From: Macrostomum lignano
Taxonomy: Eukaryota
Reading direction: 5' to 3'
Length of the DNA stretch: 64,000 nt
NCBI GenBank assembly: GCA_002269645.1
Contig: NIVC01003469.1
Coordinates: 1 to 64,000, forward strand
Under the pieces are notes generated by a model. The model did no database searches. It had not been told where the DNA came from and saw only the letters and a program-made list of their open reading frames with translations. Below are positions 1 through 12,065 of the stretch, piece after piece. Position 1 is the first letter of the stretch; every line of letters starts with the position of its first letter. Both the position numbers and the translations under genes were made by a program.

Positions 1-510
1 TCAGACTCGCACTGTCCGCCTGACCGACTCCGGAAGCTTCGAACCGTCCGAGATCTTCGTTCCAGCCCGGAGACTCCCTGCTGTGCAGCTGGCAGACCGG
101 CAGGCGGACCCTGCAGTTCGCCGACACAATCGGCGAAGTCGATGAATCATCTACCGACACCGACAGCCAGCAGAAACTCGACAGTCCATCGATGGACCTG
201 CGTGCTGTCGTTTCCACCTGCCGGAGCTCAGCGACCGCAGCGATGCTGCAGCGACAATCGAGTGCATCGAAGCAGATTCGACCTGACCAGCGACTCCGGC
301 AGCCAGCTTCGGGTACATCGCCGATCAACCGCAGGGCAGAGACAAATCCGACTGATGGATCTGACCACCAAGTCCGTAAGCCGAACGACAGTTCTCGCTC
401 AGCTTGGCGACCTGGCCGTCTGGATGTTCAACAGTCCGCGATGACGCCGTGAAAGCGGTGCAATCTCTGAACGCCAAGTCTTTGGATGTTAAAAGCCGCA
501 TTGTCGAGCA

Positions 511-3500
511 GTGTCTCGACAGTCCAGGACCTGTCACGCGTGTCCAATGTCAGCTTGTTCGTGGCGCAAGATGCTGACAGGTCAATGCAAGAGCTGGACT
601 TTGATGCCACAGTGGGAATGTGCGGTTAGCACAGGGAAGGTCCGTCCCAGCCTGGTCACCGTACGCGAGAGGAGCTGCGTCCTCATCAGTCTCACCGGTT
701 CCATCAACTCTGAACAACCGAATTCCGAACTGCATAAGATCGACAATGATGGAAAAAAGTCGGCAAATAAACAAAATAACGAGGACGGCGTAAAAATTGA
801 CAAAATCAATCCGAAAAAATTTCGTTGCATCTTCAATCGGTGCGGTATCTACCGGTTCGCGATAATGACGGAGTCTGGAAGCACAGGCGGCGGACTAGCC
901 TGCGTCATTGTCCTGTGGCGACCCGAGCTGACGCCGAAGCCTCAGCTGGATTGGTCGGCTGGAAAGCCACAGTTCCGCTGCAGTCGGGCTGGAGGACGCG
1001 GGGAACCGGTAGACGTGTACTTCACCACCGATGGGTCCTGTCCGTGCCGCACAGAGAGTCTGTTCGAGTGAGCAATTTGAACATTCGCAAGAGATGTAGA
1101 ACTAAGGGATCATGAAGACAGCTCTAAAGATAGAAAGATAATATTGACATCAGGGTAGACTGTGGGAAACACTAAAGGATAGACAATAAGACAGCTGAGA
1201 CAGACATTGAGACAGACACTGAGACAGAAACTGAGACAGACACTGAGACAGACACTGAGACAGACACTGAGACAGAACTGAGACAGACACTGAGACAGAC
1301 ACTGAGACAGACACTGAGACAGACACTGAGACAGACACTGAGACAGACACTGAGGCACATGAGACAGACACTGAAACAGACAGAGACAGACACTGAAACA
1401 GACACTCAGACACTGAGACAGGCACTGAGACAGGCACTGAGACAGACACTGAGACAGAAACTGAGACAGACACTGAGACAGACACTGAGACAGACACTGA
1501 GACAGACACTGAGACAGACACTGAGACAGACACTGAGGCACTGAGACAGACACTGAAACAGACAGAGACAGACACTGAAACAGACACTCAGACACTGAGA
1601 CAGGCACTGAGACAGGCACTGAGACAGACACTGAGACAGAAACTGAGACAGACACTGAGACAGACACTGAGACAGACACTGAGACAGACACTGAGACAGA
1701 AACTGAGACAGACACTGAGACAGACACTGAGACAGACACTGAGACAGACACTGAGACAGACACTAAGACACTGAGACAGACACTGAGACAGACACTGAGA
1801 CAGACACTGAGACAGACACTGAGACAGACACTGAGACAGACACTGAGACAGACACTGAGACAGACACTGAGACAGACACTTGAGACAGACACTGAGGCAC
1901 TGAGACAGACACTGAAACAGACACTCAGACACTGAGACAGGCACTGAGACAGGCACTGAGACAGACACTGAGACAGGCACTGAGACAGGCACTGAGACAG
2001 ACACTGAGACAGACACTGAGACAGACACTGAGACAGACACTGAGACAGACACTGAGACAGACACTGAGACAGACACTGAGACAGACACTGAGACAGACAC
2101 TGAGACAGACACTGCGACAGACACTGAGACAGACACTGAGACAGACACTGAGACAGACACTGAGACAGGCACTGAGACAGACACCGAGACAGACACTGAG
2201 ACAGGCACTGAGACAGACACTGAGACAGACACCGAGACAGACACTGAGACAGACACTGAGACAGACACTGAGACAGACATTCCGCAAACCTCGACCCCAC
2301 AGGTCGCCCGCGCCGGCCAGCCCATCAACTACCTCCATCTACGAGCCTGGATCAAACAATCTGCATTCGAGCTGTGGCCATCAGCCAGCACCGACTGGCG
2401 TCTCAGCTGCTCACGGAGTTCTGTCAGATTGACTCATCTATAAATGGTGCCAATGATGATGGAGAACCGGAGCAAGCTGACTCAGCTCAGCTTACGGTCA
2501 CGGCTCCCATGGGTGTTTTGGTAAATACAATTTCACATCGCTTTGTCTAGGGGCTGCACAACCCCCAAATCTGCACATTCCCAGAAATGCACATTCCCAA
2601 AAACTGCACTTTCCCCAAAACTGCACATTCCTGAAAACTGCACATTCCCCAAAACTGCACATTCCCCAAAACTGCACATTCCCCAAAACTGCACATTCCC
2701 CAAAACTGCACATTCCCCAAAACTGCAATTCCCCAAAACTGCACATTCCCAAAACTGCACATTCCCCAAAACTGCACATTCCCAAAACTGCACATTCCCC
2801 AAACTGCACATTCCCCAAAACTGCACATTCCCCAAAACTGCACATTCCCCAAAACTACACATTCCCCGAACTACACATTCCCCAAACTGCCACATTCCCC
2901 AAACTGCACATTCCCCAATTTGCACATTCCCCAAACTTAGAAATTCATTGAAATTGGTTAAAAAGCGGTCTGGCGAAAGCAAAAACCGACACAAATTACC
3001 AACTGGCAGACAAACCAGTGGCTGTGGTTCAACTCCATCGCAACAATTCGCCTCGTCGAAGTCGCCGACGGCACAATCGAGGTCTTCTGGAGGAAGTCAG
3101 CTGTTCCCGTTTCCATTCAGTTTATCACCTGCTTGTCAACGGAGCTCGGTGGGCTTCAGGGGAGCCTAGCAACTGTTGCTACCGACTCGGAGGCCTGGCA
3201 GCAGGCAGAGAGTACACCATCCAAGTGGTGGCCGCCATTGCTGATTCAGCTACAAATTCAACTCAGACTGGTTGCTACCCGGATCTGCTTTCAAACGAGC
3301 TGGTAAGAACTTCTCCTTTTTAAGACTAAGGCGATTAGAAAGTCAGGAAAGTTAGAAAGTCACACCCCGTGTGAGCGCGCGCATGAGTGCGTGTCTGCTA
3401 CAGTATTGCGCGCTTTGTGTGCTCAGGATTGCTCAGGTTGGTTGTGAAACGATGTCGCCGAAGACGTGGCATAAAATCAATTTTCGATACATATCGCTCA

Positions 3501-5312
3501 AAAACCGTTCATTTGCTTTGTGCTCAAGCGCTACAACTGTCCAAGTTGGAGCACCGAGCGAGGTCCGCTGATATCCATGGAGCTGCTGGCTGATGCTGAG
3601 GACAGCGCGGCGGTCGTGTGGGCGGCCCTGCCGCTGTCGCGCACCTCAGCGCTGATTGGCTACAAGGTGTCGCTCAACGGTCTGCAGTGCGGCCGTCTCG
3701 TCACCCCGGAAGCTGACGGCCAGCGCTGTCGGGTTGTCATCGAAGGATGCGAGTTGAATCGAAAGCACAGCCTGATGGTCAACGCCGTGTGGACGGATCA
3801 GACTGGTGAGAGAATGAGGCGGGGGTGACTCATGAGGGGCAGAGTGACTCATGAGGGGGGATAGTGAATCATGAAAATAAGAGTGACTCGTGACGGAAAG
3901 AATGACTGGTGATGAGTAGAGGGACTATAAAGGGAAGAGTGACTCATGAATACAAGAGTGACTCATAATGAGAACAATGACTCGAGAGGAGGAGAGTGAC
4001 GCAGGCGGAGTCTGAATCAAGAGAAAAGTGACTCATGAGGAGAGAGTGACTTATGAAAAGCAGAGTGACTCATGAGAGGCAGAGTGACTCATGAGAGGCA
4101 GAGTGACTCATGAGAGGCAGAGTGACTCATGAGAGGCAGAGTGACTCATGAGGGGTAGAGTGACTCATGAGAGCAGAGTGACTCATGAGAGGCAGAGTGA
4201 CTCATGAGAGGCAGAGTGACTCATGAGGGGTAGAGTGACTTATGAGAGGCAGAGTGACTCTTGAGGGGCAGAGTGACTCATGAAAAGCAGAGTGACTCAT
4301 GAGAGGCAGAGTGACTCATGAGAGGCAGAGTGACTCTTGAAGGGAGAGTGACTCCAGAGGGTAAAACAATCATAAAAATTAGAGTGACTAATGCCGGGAA
4401 GAATGACTGATGATAGAGGAACAATGAAGGGAAGAAATACTCATGGGAAAAAGTGTGACTCATGAGGATAAGTGTGACTCATGAGGATAAGAGTGACTCA
4501 TGAGGATAAGTGTGACTCATGAGGATAAGAGTGACTCATGAGGATAAGAGTGACTCATGAGGATAAGAGTGACTCATGAGGATAAGTGCCTCATCAGTAG
4601 GAGAGTGACTAAAGATAAAAGTACTCAGGTGACGGTATGACAGTAACTAATTAAGAAACTGATTGTAAATGCTCTAAACTTACCGATGGCGCAATCCGCA
4701 GGCGAAACCTTCGAGCTGCCTCCAACCGGCTGCAGTTCCGCCTTCCCTGCCAAAACCGCTGACGGCCGCCTCTGAAGTCGACGCCGCCGCTGCCGCCGCA
4801 CCAGCGAGTCGCTGCTGCTGTTTGAAGGCGTCTGCGAGCACCAGCAGGTGCTGGCCGCTGCTCAAGCGGAGGCTGCGGCAGACAAAATTGCTGCAGAAGA
4901 AAGGGAGTCAGAAGCAAAGCAGGAGCAGGAAAAGCAAAATCAGGAGGAGGATCGGAGCAAACAGAACGGCGAAAAGCTGGCAAAGAAGACAGACGAGCAA
5001 AATAAAAGTGAAGCAAAGAATAAGAAGGAAAAGCCAAAGCAAAAAAATCAACAGAAGCAGAAAAAAGAAAATGAAGACAAGAAAACTGAAGCAAAAGAAG
5101 TGGCGAAGACTGAGGAAGGAAGAAGCAACAATGGAAAAGAGAGAAAGGGTGAGTCTGGGGCAGCTGTGAGTACCGACTGCTGAATGACCCGCAAACAGAC
5201 AGACAGCCAGACAGACAGACAGACAGCCAGACAGACAGACAGACAGACAGACAGATAGACAGACAGATAGACAGACAGACACACACACACTCTGACACAC
5301 AGACAGACACTA

Positions 5313-5381
<69 letters not shown>

Positions 5382-5404
5382 GCCAGACAGACAGACAGAC
5401 AGCC

Positions 5405-5473
<69 letters not shown>

Positions 5474-5496
5474 GCCAGACAGACAGACAGACAGAC

Positions 5497-5549
<53 letters not shown>

Positions 5550-5553
5550 CCAT

Positions 5554-5593
<40 letters not shown>

Positions 5594-5596
5594 CCA

Positions 5597-5637
<41 letters not shown>

Positions 5638-5640
5638 CCA

Positions 5641-5709
<69 letters not shown>

Positions 5710-8700
5710 GCAGACAGACAGACAGACAGACAGGCAGGCAGGCAGTCTGTAACTGTTTGCTTAATCTCCTTCCCATGAGCAAGATCATTATTTTAAAAAT
5801 TTTTGCTCGTAGTTAAAATTTTATCGCATCATCAAACAAACTCTGCAACTAGCAAAAGCAGAAGACTCCCAGACTGAGCTGGCAGCAGCAGCAGCAGTTG
5901 CCAGTGACTCAGCTGACAACAACAAAGACTCCAACAAAGACACAGCCGACATTGCATGTCAATACGAGGACGACTTCGAAGACGAATATCGCGCCGCAAC
6001 AGCCTTAGCAACTGTTGCTAACGGTGATGAAGATAAATCAGAAGACCGATGGTCCATTTCCGAGTCTTCCGACGCTGGAGAGAATGGTACCCAGCTAGAC
6101 TGGAGTTTTCGTAGAGCTTCTAAAAGAATTTCTACCTTCCTTGTTTTTATATCTGCAGACTAACTGAAAGAAAAACTGAAATTTCATATTGTACTTTTTA
6201 GCAGGCAGTTTTGATGACTTTCTGTCAAATTTGCTTTTTTTCTATTCGCTTCTAGCTTTGTTCTTTCTAAGAAGTGTTTTACTATTGAGTGAATCAAATT
6301 CCCTTTTAGCTGACTGCTCGTTCTGTATTTTTAATCTTAAAAGAAGAGATGCAAGTAGGTTCAGGGCTGAGATTGAAGCAGGGATGCAGGGAGATTCAAG
6401 ACTGAGAATGAAAGGAAAAGAGATGTAGGGAGATTCAAGACTGAGAATGAAAGGAGAGATGTAGGGAGATTCAAGACTGATGAAAGGAAAAGAGATGTAG
6501 GGAGATTCAAGACTGAGAATGAAAGGAAAAGAGATGTAGGGAGATTCAAGACTGAGAATGAAAGGAAAAGAGATGTAGGGAGATTCAAGACTGAGAATGA
6601 AAAGGAAAAGAGATGTAGGGAGATTCAAGACTGAGAATGAAAGGAAAAGAGATGTAGGGAGATTCAAGACTGAGAATGAAAGGAAAAGAGATGTAGGGAG
6701 ATTCAAGACTGAGAATGAAGGGATCAGATAGATGTGGGGAGATTCAAGACTGAGACTGAAGGGAGAGATACAGGGAGATTCAATCATAATAATCTAGCAA
6801 ATTATTGCTATTTTTTCATTGTTTATCTGTAGTTTTTAATGTAGTTTAGAAGATTCAAAGAAAAACTCGGTTCAAATCATGGAACTACAAAAAATCCTCC
6901 ACAGAATCAGCTGACAAATCGAGGAAGATTTCTAAGAAAGGCGGCCGGTCAGGCGCCGGCGCGAGCGCCAGCCGATTGGACTCAATTTTCGAGCCAGTGG
7001 AGGGCGAGTCTGAGACGGACCTGGCTTTGCCTGGAGCCGCCATGCTGCTGCTTCCGGCGCCTCTGTCGCAGCAGCAGTCGAACGACAGCGAGCTGCAGCA
7101 GCAGCAGCAGATCAGCGACAAGACATCCTTCGACAAACCTCCGACACCTCGAGTTCGAGTCATGCCAGTAGGATCAGATCGAGTTCGGGTAGCCTGGGAG
7201 TTTGACTCGATGTCGGCGAATCTTTGGCGTCATCTGCGGTCGACAGTTAGCGTGGCGGGGCGTCGGTTCCGGCAAGAAGGAGGCGGCGGCGGCGGGAGGC
7301 GGCAGGCAGCGGCGGAGAGGCGGAGAGTCAGGGAGCTGCTCGGAGAAGCTGGAGCTGCGGCCCAGCGGCACGGGAACTGGTCTGCGGCGGCTTGGAGACT
7401 GGCTGCGACTATATGTGAGGGTGGGGTGGAGCTGGGGGTTGGGGTGGCTGTGCAAGGGGATGGTGGGGTGGCTGTACAAGGGAGGATGGGGTGGCTGTGC
7501 AAGGACAGGGTAGGGTGGCTGTGCAAGGGAGGGTGGGGTGGCTGTACAAGGGGAGGATGAATTGGCTGTGCAAGGGGAGGGTGAGATGGCTGTGCAAGGG
7601 AGGGTGAGGTGGCTGTGCAAGGGAAGGGTGGGGTGGCTGTGCAAGGAGAGGGTAGGGTGGCTGTGCAAGGGGAGGGTGGGTGGCTGTTCAAGGGGAGGGT
7701 GAGGTGGCTGTGCAAGGGAAGGGTGGGGTGGCTGTGCAAGGAGAGGGTAGGGTGGCTGTGCAAGGGGAGGGTGGGTGGCTGTTCAAGGGGAGGGTGAGGT
7801 GGCTGTGCAAGGGAAGGGTGGGGTGGCTGTGCAATGGTGAGAGTTGGGTATAAAGTAGTAGGTATATATTCCAAAGTAAAATTCCAATCATTCCATTAAT
7901 TCTCCATCATTTTCCAGCATCCACGTGATCTCAGCCTTCGCAGCCGTCGAAAACTCCAGCTCGCTGGGCGAGCGCATCAGCCGCTCGGCGCCTGTAGCCT
8001 TCAAAGCGGGTTCCACTGCCAGTGTTCCGTTGACTTCAGCTGGCAACGATGTCGATGCGTCCCAGAAAGCATCATCCTCCAAGCAGAAGGTCCAGATGTT
8101 GCAGAAGGAGCAGCAGCAGCCGCCGCCGATTCCGCAGCCCCGACTGTTCGCGGTGTCCTCCGGTCCCAATCGGGTCGCCGTCCGCTGGGCATTCGACGAA
8201 TCGGCGGCGACAAGCGGCGTGGAGCTGGCCGGCTACCAGCTGCTGATCAACGGCGCCCGTCGTGGCGGCCTCCTACCGTCGCAGACCTCGCAGACAACGT
8301 TGGAGCCGCTGCGACCGGGTCGGACGATTCGAGTGGCCGTCCAGGCCGCGGCCTTCGTCAGCTCGAGCTCCGGTGAGGACGGCCGCGTTGGCGAGAACGA
8401 GGATGACGATTTCCGGCTGGGCCCGGCGTCGGCGACTCTCCGGGTCGCCTGTCCGCGGAGGCCGTCGGCGCCGGAGCCATCCGTGTCGCCCGCCCCGGCG
8501 TCGGCTGGCGTCGCGGGCGGCGCGGCCGCCACCGTGTCCTGGCGGGCGCCCCAGACGATGCCGGAGTCAGCCGATATCGGTGGGTTCCGTTTGCTTTTTG
8601 GGAGCGTTGATTTTTTTGAAGAGTACGTTCGATCGTCACTGGCTTCCGAAAATTACAGTAGCTAATTGTTTGATTGTGAAGAAGTTGGCCTTCGTCAGTC

Positions 8701-11700
8701 AGTCATCCAGACGCTGGTCTCAGTTGTGCACAGGATGCTTCTTTTATAGCGACACTTCTCGGGCTATGTGTGAAATTTTACGATTAAAATCTCTATTACT
8801 CTACTTCTCTGAGTAGCCTAAATTAAATCTGTCACAAATGGATTTTAAAAAAACTAAATAGGCACCTTAGCGTTCTAATTCTAAGCTAAGTGCGTCTTCC
8901 TGAATGAACGGATACTAATTAATGTCTTTAACTAACCCCAAGTCCTCTCCTTTACCAATTCAACAGCGTCTACGTCGACGGTCAGTGGCACGGCGATTTG
9001 AAGGCGTCGCCAAGTCGTGGAAACTATTTTTATTACCTATCGGATCTGCAGCCAGGTCTGGCTTGCGAAGTTCAGGTCAAGGCTATCGCTGGTAGCGACG
9101 AGGTAAGAGAGATTTAACTGTCGAATTCCATATATTGGAAACGATCAATAAATCAACGATTTTGCACAGGTGGATCCGCAATCTGACACGGTGACTTGCC
9201 TCTGCGAGAGCGAGCTCAGTCAGCCGCCTCTGCGCGTCACGGGCGCTTCAGTCACGCAGAGTCCCGAGCTCAAACTGGAGGCCCTGGACTCTGACGGTCT
9301 GACCGTGGCCTGGGATCCGCTGACACCGGAGTCCGGCATCTCCGTGAGTCTTGCGTTGCATTTTTAGCTTAACACCCCTCCTGAATTATGATTGGCTGAG
9401 GGATATGACGTCATCCTCTCTATCCCCATATGAACATCCCACCCCACGCCTGTCTTGATCATTCCTGAAATCTGATTGGCTGACGTACACGACGTCACGT
9501 CTGATCCCAGCTCTACTTCTCATTGGCTCTGGATGCTCATCTAAATTTAATTTAAATTCGACTTGAATATTCACAGTTTCATAAATATGAAATTTTCACA
9601 GTTACAAATAAAGCTTTCATTGAGGAACTAGAAAAACTTTCAAAGGCTTTGATTGCCATAGACTCGAAAATTGATGTTAAAACGATGTGTCGTGCATTTC
9701 TGCAGTTCCTCTGGTTAATCCAAGCAAAAGCATGTTGTTAAATTGCTCAGCTTTTGGCCAGCTCAAACAAAGCTCCATTCTCAACTGTGTCCGCAAATGA
9801 GAAGTCTTAGTTCGTACGCGTGAGTCACGCGGACACAGGAAACATGCCACTCGGTACTGCTCAGCTCTCCGACCGAACCAATGACGACGCGAAACTGGAC
9901 GAGTTTTTAAACCAATCAGCCGCTCCAAATGCAACAACTCGATTCCTTGACGAGGAGGAAGAGGAGGAAGACGTCTATGACGAGGATGACACCTGCAGCG
10001 AGGTGGCGGGTCAGTGCGGCAGCAAGCCTTACCTGGACAGGTTCGCCTTTGTTACCCACGCGGAGGTGCACCCGGTAGCTTACTGCGAGTACGAGGTGAC
10101 GGGTGACGCCGGGCTGCCATTCTTGCGAGCCATGGTTCAACGACGATCCACCGGGTGCTGCGGCGGCTCCACCAACCAGGGCTTCAATCTGTTCATCTCG
10201 GACATCAGCAGCAAGCAGACTGTTGTGAAGCTGACCTGCGACCAGCACTGGGCTGTAACGGTCGAGTCGCCACCAACAGAGGTCATTGGCTACGTGAGCG
10301 TTGAACGAGTTCTATGCAGCCTGCGGTTCACCATCAAAGACATTCACGGCACCGCCCGTATCCTCGTACGCATGCCGAAGTACTGCCAGGCCAGCTGCAA
10401 ACGGCACCGCTTCCGGGTGCTGCTACCCGACGAGTCCGAGGAGGTCGCCAGCATCACGCGCCGCCTCATCACAGCGGTCGAAATCGATGAAAAAGGCCCA
10501 GTGTACACCCTGCAAGTGGGGGAGATGATGAGCACAGATATGAAAGCGATGCTGATTGGCGTTATGCTCATGTTTGACCGGAAGCTGTTCGATAGTCACT
10601 AGTGGATTAGCAGCGCAAACTTTTCCTGGCAAACTTTTGGTTTCTTTTGTTTTGTTTTGATTGATTTCTTTCAACTATACAAGCTTGAACGTAAATGATA
10701 TTTTATTGATTTTGAATCTTTGCAATTCTGTTGCTTTTAGAAACCAACAATTTGATCGGGGTACCTCTTCCGGGATACCTCTTCCGGTAATTCATCCTCG
10801 AGTATCGTTCACTCGATACCGCATTCAAATTAAATTCATTTTTAGGCTCGTACGTGCACCAAGAGCGCGTGGCCTGAACTTTTCATTGGGAGGGGATCGA
10901 ACGTCTGAACGTCAGTTTCAGAGGCGCCACCTCAATTAGGAGTTTTCGAAGAGAATATCATGAGCTCGCTAGTACCAAGGGGTGCTAACACTTGGAGCTT
11001 GTGACATCAAAAATACCCCCCTCAAACTGCAGAATTCACACAGCGCTTTAGGTACTAGTCTCTTAGAAAATATTTACGAATTAAACCGATTTAAACATTA
11101 AATCACGCCTGCAGGGGTTCTAGCCTAGTGGTTATGAGCGTAGGTAATTGAGGGTGTGTGTATGGCAACCCCCCCCCCCCCCCCCCTAGTGCTTGTACGG
11201 AGCAGCCGTACGCAGCCTTCAGATGCGCATAGCTGCGGCTAAGCTGTCGGTTGCACATCTGGCCAATAAAGCAGTAATCATTTATTATTATTATTATTAT
11301 GCCCGCAAAGTCTACTATAAGTAGCACAAAAAACCACCAACCGACAGGGCTATCAAATATTGCGCGACGGTCGGCCCTACGGCCAGCCAATTCCGGCCAA
11401 TCAGCTTCGATTTCGCGTCGACGATTTGCCGGCTGGTGGTCGAGTATCGTTGCAGCTGGTTGCCATGACAACCGGAGCAGAACGCTGCGCCCCCGGACCC
11501 GTGCTGTTGGTGAACTGCGCCGCTGCTGGGAGCGGCGCCAACGGCGGCAGTAATGCAGGCCGTCGAAGTAGCAGCGCGTCCAGTCGACCGCCAAGCGAAG
11601 CCCAGCCAGCTGGAGTGACGTTCCGGCCAACCACTGCAGCAAGTGAGTAGTGGCCTTGTAGATAATTTGTTGATCGTGTCATTTGTCTTTGTATGAATAA

Positions 11701-12065
11701 TATAATTCCTAATCACTCGTGCAATGTAAGAATTAGTAGATTTTTGATTATTAGCAATTTAGATTTCTTTTTAACAATTGTACGGCGTTCAGAACAAACG
11801 TTATTAATTTCTAATAATTCTCGACGTAGTTACATAACAATGTAATATTTCACCTGAAACGTTGCTTCATATAAAAACAATATTAAAAATAAATTTTTCC
11901 CTGTTACTTGACATGGTATCACTTTATAATTTTGTACTAACATAAAACCTTTTAAATTAGATATTTTACAGTTCACAATCAATATCTAACAAATTTTCAA
12001 GTAACACTTTCATATATTGATTCCTCCCTTTTGCAGACAGACTCAAAACTGCTAAAAGACGTTAA
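511..12065 (+). CDS. Multi-exon gene for a large protein with about 6 FN3-like repeats and a central charged low-complexity region. Exons approx 511?-1067, ~2303-2520, 3010-3302, 3529-3805, 4702-5148, ~5860-6086, ~6850-7414, 7918-~8585, 8967-9102, 9170-9343, 11348-11642, 12037-12065. 5' end unresolved; contains indels.
   Basis: FN3-type strands in successive exons ([28 protein letters not shown]; [12 protein letters not shown]; [15 protein letters not shown]|IHVISA; [29 protein letters not shown]; [21 protein letters not shown]; LTVAW..ESGIS|GYQILRDG). Many GT-AG junctions are phase-compatible (2520/3010, 3302/3529, 3805/4702, 7414/7918, 9102/9170, 9343/11348, 11642/12037). Confidence 0.75.
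1190..2278. repeat. 12-bp minisatellite (GAGACAGACACT)n, intronic
   Basis: Direct tandem repetition read from the sequence. Confidence 0.95.
2563..2935. repeat. ~17-bp minisatellite (CCCCAAAACTGCACATT)n, intronic
   Basis: Direct tandem repetition. Confidence 0.9.
3820..4590. repeat. 18-19-bp minisatellite (GAGTGACTCATGAGAGGCA)n and variants, intronic
   Basis: Direct tandem repetition; most units contain TGACTCA. Confidence 0.9.
5192..5745. repeat. (AGAC)n microsatellite
   Basis: Direct tandem repetition. Confidence 0.95.
6375..6785. repeat. 39-bp minisatellite (GATTCAAGACTGAGAATGAAAGGAAAAGAGATGTAGGGA)n
   Basis: About 10 tandem units. Confidence 0.9.
7420..7835. repeat. ~22-bp G-rich minisatellite (GGTGGCTGTGCAAGGGGAGGGT)n
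   Basis: Direct tandem repetition starting right after the 7414 splice donor. Confidence 0.9.
9385..9530 (+). promoter_or_regulatory. Candidate promoter of the nested scramblase-like gene: three reverse CCAAT boxes and a CRE palindrome
   Basis: ATTGG at 9391, 9475 and 9522; TGACGTCA at 9406-9413; about 320-450 bp upstream of the ATG at 9844. Confidence 0.35.
9844..10602 (+). CDS. Phospholipid scramblase (PLSCR)-like protein, intronless, nested in an intron of the FN3 gene
   Basis: Open frame from ATG 9844; [12 protein letters not shown] resembles PLSCR 'APPGxxIGYV'; Cys-rich segments (GCCGG, YCQASCK); C-terminal [17 protein letters not shown] matches PLSCR 'KAxLLGAxFLIDxxFF'. Confidence 0.75.
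   Translation: MPLGTAQLSDRTNDDAKLDEFLNQSAAPNATTRFLDEEEEEEDVYDEDDTCSEVAGQCGSKPYLDRFAFVTHAEVHPVAYCEYEVTGDAGLPFLRAMVQRRSTGCCGGSTNQGFNLFISDISSKQTVVKLTCDQHWAVTVESPPTEVIGYVSVERVLCSLRFTIKDIHGTARILVRMPKYCQASCKRHRFRVLLPDESEEVASITRRLITAVEIDEKGPVYTLQVGEMMSTDMKAMLIGVMLMFDRKLFDSH

Noticed and set aside
1-510. GC-rich, coding-looking sequence at the window start
   Set aside because: Every frame has stops and no motif is recognisable; it may be an indel-damaged exon or a UTR, so no call was made
1110-2338. Long ORFs reading CLSQ/SVSV
   Set aside because: Artefacts of a stop-free 12-bp repeat inside an intron; the same applies to the ORFs over the (AGAC)n and (TCTG)n tracts
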